A program made the position numbers and the translations under genes. Below are positions 58,382 through 64,000 of a DNA stretch of 64,000 bases, in pieces. Below the pieces are notes generated by a model. That model was not told where the DNA came from. It saw only the letters and a program-made list of their open reading frames with translations, and did no database searches. Source of the stretch: a virus (taxonomy: Duplodnaviria; Caudoviricetes); IMG/VR virus record IMGVR_UViG_3300021431_000081, positions 32,001-96,000 of that record. The stretch is one strand, 5' to 3'. Numbering within the stretch: the stretch's first letter is position 1; each line of letters starts with the position of its first letter.

Positions 58382-58918
58382 TTAATTTAAGAATGAAGAT
58401 AATAAATTTAATTCCGTTCCAAAGAAATCATCCAACGCCTTAATTTTTCTTACACTGTCAAGCTGACCATTAGCGATTTGTGTTGACGCAATATTTTTTA
58501 AAGAATTTAAAGCGTTAGGAGGAAGAGTCTTCATAGTAGCAATCATATCATTATCTTTTAATTCTAAAACCTGTTGTAAATCTTCAACAGTATACTGTTC
58601 ATCATAGAATTTTCTTAATTGAGGAAATTCATTAATGAAATCTTCATCTTCAATAACAAATAACGGTCCAAAAATATAGGAAGACTTACTGCGAACTGAA
58701 GAGACTAAATCTCTATATTCGACTTCAGTTTCATCGCCGTAGTCTACCCAATTATAAGTAATATTCGACTTTGCACCAGTATACCAAAGACCACCAACAG
58801 TAATGGATCGACACATGATTCCATCTTCCTGTGCAAACTTCTTTTTCACAATATTATCTTCTTTTTCTTCTTTTATTTTTTCTACTCGTCTAGGAGTAGA
58901 AGTAATCTTTCCAGTCAT
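58382..58918 (-). CDS. Hypothetical head-associated protein
   Basis: 178 aa directly after the capsid gene; Y.W..YGD..EV.Y.DL and LDS..KI..L motifs. Confidence 0.6.
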   Translation of the reverse strand: MTGKITSTPRRVEKIKEEKEDNIVKKKFAQEDGIMCRSITVGGLWYTGAKSNITYNWVDYGDETEVEYRDLVSSVRSKSSYIFGPLFVIEDEDFINEFPQLRKFYDEQYTVEDLQQVLELKDNDMIATMKTLPPNALNSLKNIASTQIANGQLDSVRKIKALDDFFGTELNLLSSFLN

Positions 58919-58950
58919 ATCTTTTCTCCTTGTAATCCTAAATAGTATTA

Positions 58951-60096
58951 TTAATTACCGTTAGTAAGAGTCCACTGACCAAACATTCTCTTAACACGAA
59001 CAGCCATACCCCAAGACATCTGGATCTCATATTTTCCAAGATCGTCATAACGACCATGCTCTTCGCCCTTTTCAGAGATTTCATTAATTTCAGTCTCACC
59101 ATAGGTGAACATATCAATTAACTTATTATCAACACCCTTGGCAAGGAACAGAATTTTGGTATCATCAAAGAGTTTAGTGGTAAGAGTTTTATCAGCAAAA
59201 CGCTGTTCAACTACTACTAAATCAGTTCCTTCATAATCACCAAGCAGACCAGTATGAGCAACGGATTCTTTCTGAGAAGGTGCGATCCAGTTTACGTCAC
59301 CAAGTTTAGCAAAGTTCTTCAGAGCGGTACGAGTACCAATGGCAACAACTTCCGCACCATCATTTGCAGCACTTACATTTTCAATAATTGCATCTACAGC
59401 AGCTTTAGTAGCGGCACCAAAAGCGCCAGTATCAACAAAACCAGTCTGTACTGGTAATTTAGTAGCAGCGTTCATAGCCAGATTATAGATCTCTACTTGC
59501 TGTTTCATAATGAAAGAACGAGCCAGAGTAGAGGTCAGTTTAGGCCAATCTTCCTGACCTGCCATAAACTTATTCAGTTCCATACCAACAGCAGCACCAT
59601 AACGTGCTACAGGAATAGTGTAGGATTCTCCCTGACCAAGTCTTTGCAGAATATAATCATGATGTGATGTCCCGACTTTAGCAATACTCAGAATGATGTC
59701 ATCCTCATCAACCCAGAACAGGTTATCCTGACCGAGCGCACGAGAACGTACATTAACCAACTGATTAAACAGTTCATTCTCACGCATACCATATGCGATA
59801 TATTCATCAACAGTTTCCTCAATAATCTCAAACCATTCCTGACCATGACGCTTCATTGCACGATTAAAATCACGCTCAGTCCAACCAGACTCAGGAAGTT
59901 CGAACATTTCACGAGTCATATCACGCAGTTTTGCGTTCGCATCCTGATTAGATACCTTGTTACCATCAGCATCAAATACTTCTCTGTGGAGAGCAAGGTC
60001 AACCATCAAGTTCTTAATACCATCATAATCAACGTCAAATTTCTCAAATAACTGTGTCATATGAGAAGTAAAAACTAATTTACGATTCTTATTCAT
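58951..60096 (-). CDS. Major capsid protein
   Basis: 381 aa, strongly biased codon usage, strong RBS, position after protease and decoration genes; FEIIEETVD, RQRL-like and IGT..AL motifs. Confidence 0.8.
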   Translation of the reverse strand: MNKNRKLVFTSHMTQLFEKFDVDYDGIKNLMVDLALHREVFDADGNKVSNQDANAKLRDMTREMFELPESGWTERDFNRAMKRHGQEWFEIIEETVDEYIAYGMRENELFNQLVNVRSRALGQDNLFWVDEDDIILSIAKVGTSHHDYILQRLGQGESYTIPVARYGAAVGMELNKFMAGQEDWPKLTSTLARSFIMKQQVEIYNLAMNAATKLPVQTGFVDTGAFGAATKAAVDAIIENVSAANDGAEVVAIGTRTALKNFAKLGDVNWIAPSQKESVAHTGLLGDYEGTDLVVVEQRFADKTLTTKLFDDTKILFLAKGVDNKLIDMFTYGETEINEISEKGEEHGRYDDLGKYEIQMSWGMAVRVKRMFGQWTLTNGN

Positions 60097-60121
60097 TATT
60101 GTTTACCTCCTTTCCACAAGA

Positions 60122-60586
60122 TTAAGCACCAACAACATATTTACCGTTGGAGAACGTAACAGCTTTCCCCTTTACGGGAGTACCAGAGAATCCTGCTAAA
60201 GAAACTTCGATAATATCCCCCTTGGTCAGACTATACGCCTTAACCGTTTTGCCAGATTCATTATAGAAATTTTCCTCTTTAGTAAATTCCTTATTATAAT
60301 CTTCCGCAATAATAGGAGAATCATATACAAACAGTGCTTCAGCGGGAGTGGTTACTTCAATGTACCAATTGCCATTAGCTGCTTGTTCCTGAATTACACC
60401 TGCAAAATTTGCAGGAGCAGCTGCCTGGGCATACTCATCAAAAGCAACCCAAGAACCACGACCAACAATTGCAGTATTATCTGTATCAGCAGTTAATCGA
60501 ATATTATAAATGTGTCCACCACCATAGGCAGAAAGTACCTTTGATGGAAAACCAAATGCATGCTTTGCGATTTGATAACTAATCAT
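60122..60586 (-). CDS. Capsid decoration/auxiliary protein
   Basis: 154 aa between protease and capsid genes; FYN..G...AY.L..GDIIE.S motif. Confidence 0.65.
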   Translation of the reverse strand: MISYQIAKHAFGFPSKVLSAYGGGHIYNIRLTADTDNTAIVGRGSWVAFDEYAQAAAPANFAGVIQEQAANGNWYIEVTTPAEALFVYDSPIIAEDYNKEFTKEENFYNESGKTVKAYSLTKGDIIEVSLAGFSGTPVKGKAVTFSNGKYVVGA

Positions 60587-60606
60587 GTGCTTTTCGCTCC
60601 TTTCAT

Positions 60607-60641
60607 AAAATAAAAAAGAAGAATCAAATTACTGATTCTTC
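60607..60641 (-). terminator. Terminator-like hairpin before the decoration gene RBS
   Basis: GAAGAAUCA-GUAAUU-UGAUUCUUC-UUUUUUAUUUU. Confidence 0.7.
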
Positions 60642-60690
60642 AGATTGTTTTTGTAAATATTCATCGTAATACATAAAGTATCTAGGATTA

Positions 60691-62370
60691 TTATTTCTTA
60701 AACAGATTTCCGTATCTGCTCTTTTTAGGATTTCCCTTTGCACCACTAGGTACTAATCCCATACGAGTAACTTTCTTCTTTTTTTCACCTTCATTAGCTT
60801 CGAAATTTAAAGAACCACTCTTAGCATAATTCAGAAGCATACCATCGACTTTTTCCTTTAACTCTTCAAAAGTCATTTCATTCTTACCATTATTAACCTC
60901 ATTAACAATGGCTGTGAAATCTTCCTTATTAGCAATTGCAGAATAATCATCTGATGCTACTAATTCTTTCTTCTGATACTGTGCTAGATCCTTAGAAATT
61001 TGCTCATAATTCTGTCTCATGTTTTCGACTTGCATCTTTTCAGATTCTGTCAGTAACATAGCAAATAACTGTATTCTTTCCCCAGAAAGACTAATGGTAT
61101 CGCCGTCTTTGGTGTAACTTTGTTTCCAGAATTTATCAGAATCCCAATCTTCCATAATGAAGTAATCTTCATAAATATCCGCTACATAGCACCATTCATT
61201 CTCATTACGATAAACAGCACATAATGCATTAAGACTCTGACGGATTTCATTAAAGCTTAACTCAAACAACTGATTAAATAACTCCTCTTTGGTAAGAGAA
61301 TTATTCTGTTTCTTCTTTTTGCCAGTAGTCGCAGAATCATCATCATTTACTGCACCGTCATCTGGATCATCTTCCGTATTATCATTACCAGTAGGTTCTG
61401 TAACAGGATCTGTAACAGGATCAGCAGTGGGTTCAGGATCAGTCCCACCTTCAGTTCCCTCACCCGTATCATCAGGATCATCAAATGCTGTCTTAAAGGC
61501 GGTTTCTAATTCCTCATCAGATAATCCTTCATAGCTGAACGTAATATCTTCCTCAGTCTTGCCATATTTCTCTAAAAGTTCAGTAAACTTATCCATTGGC
61601 GTTTCCTCCTTTCTTTCAGCATTATTTATATTTAAACTCTCAAGCGTTTTGTTAAGTGTCTCAAGAGTCTCAATCAATTTATCATTTCGCTCATAGTTCA
61701 TTTCCTGTGCTGCGAAATCTTCAATCTGTAAATGCGCATTTTGCATTCCCGGTCTACGATCCTCTCCCAGAAGTGTAATTCCACCTAATTCAATATCCTC
61801 TAATAACAATTCTTTCTTCTTAGCATCATAGGACATCTTATTGACATACAGTTCTGCGGATACATCTGTACCACCTCTGCGTTCAATAATTTCCGCAGCA
61901 GGAGTATACTCTCTTGGAATAGCAGCTTTAGCATAAACGTAATATCGTTTATCTTTCTTATCATATTTCATTACAGGATCATCAGATGTAATGCATCCTA
62001 CCTGTTTTTCCAAATAAACAATATTTCCATTATCATCTATTTCCATATCATGAGCGGTAAAATCCAATACTTCGGTTCCATCATCTAATGTAACAGTTTG
62101 GTAATTACAAAGAATTGGTTTATATTTAAATCCGTTTAAACTATTTTCCATGGCTTTCTTTGTAACATTTGATCCGTTATTATTCTTATTGGTATGGAAT
62201 GCTCTGATATTGGCGAATAACATAGACTCATCATCAGATTCTTCCTGCTCAAAAGTCGCAGGAACACTCACGCATAACTTATAACCATTTTTATTTGAAT
62301 CAAACTCTGTAAAATTTTGCTCTTCACAGAATTTAACTAACTGATCAATAGTCATTATTGTCTTACGCAT
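60691..62370 (-). CDS. Prohead protease/scaffold protein
   Basis: H...N.NGS, KPIL, S.EL.V, GITLLG....PGM..A protease-like N-terminus; acidic linker and coiled-coil scaffold C-terminus; internal RBS+ATG at MDKFTELL could give a separate scaffold. Confidence 0.75.
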   Translation of the reverse strand: MRKTIMTIDQLVKFCEEQNFTEFDSNKNGYKLCVSVPATFEQEESDDESMLFANIRAFHTNKNNNGSNVTKKAMENSLNGFKYKPILCNYQTVTLDDGTEVLDFTAHDMEIDDNGNIVYLEKQVGCITSDDPVMKYDKKDKRYYVYAKAAIPREYTPAAEIIERRGGTDVSAELYVNKMSYDAKKKELLLEDIELGGITLLGEDRRPGMQNAHLQIEDFAAQEMNYERNDKLIETLETLNKTLESLNINNAERKEETPMDKFTELLEKYGKTEEDITFSYEGLSDEELETAFKTAFDDPDDTGEGTEGGTDPEPTADPVTDPVTEPTGNDNTEDDPDDGAVNDDDSATTGKKKKQNNSLTKEELFNQLFELSFNEIRQSLNALCAVYRNENEWCYVADIYEDYFIMEDWDSDKFWKQSYTKDGDTISLSGERIQLFAMLLTESEKMQVENMRQNYEQISKDLAQYQKKELVASDDYSAIANKEDFTAIVNEVNNGKNEMTFEELKEKVDGMLLNYAKSGSLNFEANEGEKKKKVTRMGLVPSGAKGNPKKSRYGNLFKK

Positions 62371-62390
62371 CTTTAACCTCCTTTCCTTTA

Positions 62391-62424
62391 AAATAAAAAC
62401 TCCTCATCTTAAATAGGAGAGGAG
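62391..62424 (-). terminator. Terminator-like hairpin before the protease gene RBS
   Basis: CUCCUC...GAGGAG followed by UUUUUAUUUU. Confidence 0.55.
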
Positions 62425-62425
62425 A

Positions 62426-62596
62426 TCAAACGAACAATTTATTCGTATATATAGTATTCTCATTTAATGAGAATATAATCTTATCATTATTTATGAAAGT
62501 CCATCCAGAAGAACTCTGATAAACTTCTTTTAATCCCAGTTTTCTTAAGGTCTCAGCAGTTTCTTTGGATGTTGTATATATAAACTTTTTATCCAT
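62426..62596 (-). CDS. Small hypothetical protein (56 aa, absent from the ORF track)
   Basis: Translated by hand: MDKKFIYTTSKETAETLRKLGLKEVYQSSSGWTFINNDKIIFSLNENTIYTNKLFV; AAGGAG RBS. Confidence 0.7.
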   Translation of the reverse strand: MDKKFIYTTSKETAETLRKLGLKEVYQSSSGWTFINNDKIIFSLNENTIYTNKLFV

Positions 62597-62605
62597 AATT
62601 ACTCC

Positions 62606-64000
62606 TTAAGATTTCGCTTTATCTCTTTTTTCTGCAGATTCATCTCCAGTATCTGTTGGCGTATCAGACTTAGGTCTACCACCAGTCACAGGATCTGTTC
62701 CATCTGTAACTGTACCAGAATTAGTAAATGAAGAATTAAGAGGATAGATCATTACATCCTGCAGTTTAAGAACTTCGTTCTCCAAGAAAAGCATAGCCAG
62801 ACTATCTTTTTCGGAGAATCCATTAAGCGTCATATACGCTAACTTAGTAGGTAATGAATATTGTCCCGCTTTCAGCATATCTTCCTTAAACTGCTCTCTG
62901 GTATATACGGATATGGGGAAGAATTTAACTATACACGGATTGCTACACAGATACCCCAATTGTCTGTTCACGAACGCCTGTGTCTGGGGAAGAAGAGAGG
63001 AGATAGCAAATTCGGTATTTGCAACCTGTGAATATCTAAATGCCTCTGCACCAGATATGGTTTCTCCATTTAAAATCTCTGCACCACCAGTAGTATTTAA
63101 TACTGTTTTAGTAGCATTAGAGACTTTCGTAGTATCACCTGCGGCCTGATCATCAAATGATATAGAATCAAGTTTACCCGGTACTAATGCAGCACTAATA
63201 TAATCAGGTAATGCTTCATTGATCATTCTCTGGAAATAAGCTAATACTAAATCAGGATTAACTTTCCAATCATCTACATCTTCGCCAATGGTTTCCATCT
63301 GCAACCAGATCATTTTATAAATTTCCTGTTCATCCGCAATGGCCTGAATGTCTTCCAGATCAGCTAAGTTAATTAAAGCGTTAAAAGCTGCTAAAAACGG
63401 AGGAAGAACAGTTTCATAATCTTCATAACGGTATTTTAAACAAATCGCATACTCATCTGGTACTGGTTGCCATTTTTCACCTGAACTCTGATACGCTTTA
63501 TACATCTCATCAAAGGGTTCGGGAATATATTCAATTAACTCCTGACGAGATCTCAAATACGTCATATCCATACTGATTGCAAAATCACCTGTAGTATATT
63601 TACCATCAATTCGTGCATAATTGGCAGGAATTTGCCAAATAAATACACCAGTTTCATCTATAAGATAAATTCCATAAAATACATCCTGTATAAAACATGT
63701 AAGGTATATAGTATAGAATTCTTGTTGTAAATGCATTAATTCAATCCAATCGAGTGTTTCCTGATAAGATTTAAGTGTTTTATTTACATCCGCTCCCTTA
63801 ATTAAATCGTATTGAGGAATAACCGATCTTCCATTTAAATAAAACATATTCGCATAAAAATGACATAATCTCATATATGTCATAGAACGATAAAATAAGT
63901 ACCAAGATAAGTTTCTTAGATTTTGTTCATTACTGCCCAAATTACGCATGTATGTACGTAATTGTTCTTTGTTAAAAACACGAATAGCTTTTGTTTGAGT
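62606..64000 (-). CDS. Portal protein (5' end outside the window)
   Basis: The frame stays open from 63949 to the window edge (TQTKAIRVFNKEQLRTYM...); C-terminal P..SS.T...GGRP motif typical of portals; position before the protease. Confidence 0.75.
   Translation of the reverse strand, partial: TQTKAIRVFNKEQLRTYMRNLGSNEQNLRNLSWYLFYRSMTYMRLCHFYANMFYLNGRSVIPQYDLIKGADVNKTLKSYQETLDWIELMHLQQEFYTIYLTCFIQDVFYGIYLIDETGVFIWQIPANYARIDGKYTTGDFAISMDMTYLRSRQELIEYIPEPFDEMYKAYQSSGEKWQPVPDEYAICLKYRYEDYETVLPPFLAAFNALINLADLEDIQAIADEQEIYKMIWLQMETIGEDVDDWKVNPDLVLAYFQRMINEALPDYISAALVPGKLDSISFDDQAAGDTTKVSNATKTVLNTTGGAEILNGETISGAEAFRYSQVANTEFAISSLLPQTQAFVNRQLGYLCSNPCIVKFFPISVYTREQFKEDMLKAGQYSLPTKLAYMTLNGFSEKDSLAMLFLENEVLKLQDVMIYPLNSSFTNSGTVTDGTDPVTGGRPKSDTPTDTGDESAEKRDKAKS

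Noticed and set aside
61397-61422. 12-bp tandem repeat ctgtaacaggat x2
   Set aside because: Encodes the DPVT-DPVT low-complexity linker of the scaffold; no sign of another function
113-63149. Numerous short plus-strand and alternative-frame ORFs in the track
   Set aside because: They are shadows of long minus-strand genes, with no RBS or recognisable motifs; only 51873..52082 has independent support
1-64000. tRNA/rRNA genes, integrase or att sites, alternative genetic code
   Set aside because: None recognised; long ORFs are intact under the standard code, and all three stop codons are used as true stops

Overview
A 64-kb segment of a large, AT-rich, long-tailed (siphovirus-type) phage or prophage, probably of a Firmicutes host (GGAGG/AAGGAG ribosome-binding sites, SH3b-containing endolysins). 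Its gene order resembles SPbeta-like phages. Almost everything is one minus-strand late/structural region, read from right to left: portal (cut by the window edge), prohead protease/scaffold, decoration protein, major capsid, head-tail proteins, major tail protein, an accessory block (Zn-finger protein, MT-A70 methyltransferase, RusA-like resolvase, one plus-strand moron-like gene), a giant tape-measure protein, tail tip proteins, large tail fibre/adhesin genes, then holin-like genes and two endolysins. The main result is that two essential virion genes that look broken in the ORF track are interrupted by three ORF-less self-splicing-type group I introns. One lies in the major tail protein gene (54325-54623) and two related ones lie in the tape-measure gene (44507-44947 and 43630-44125). 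I traced splice sites, internal guide sequences (IGS), P3/P4/P7/P9 pairings and terminal Gs by eye. Splicing restores in-frame proteins of 265 aa and 4366 aa. All three introns sit in the same exon context, CNGGT^AA. The two tape-measure introns flank a symmetric 127-codon exon, and one has a U-A pair in place of the usual U.G at its 5' splice site. Other leads: a collinear chain of matching N-/C-terminal docking-like motifs in the fibre genes, a terminator/antiterminator candidate plus a G8 tract at the methyltransferase, and a CotH-kinase-like domain in a 2388-aa tail protein. No database searches were run; family names come from motif recognition.
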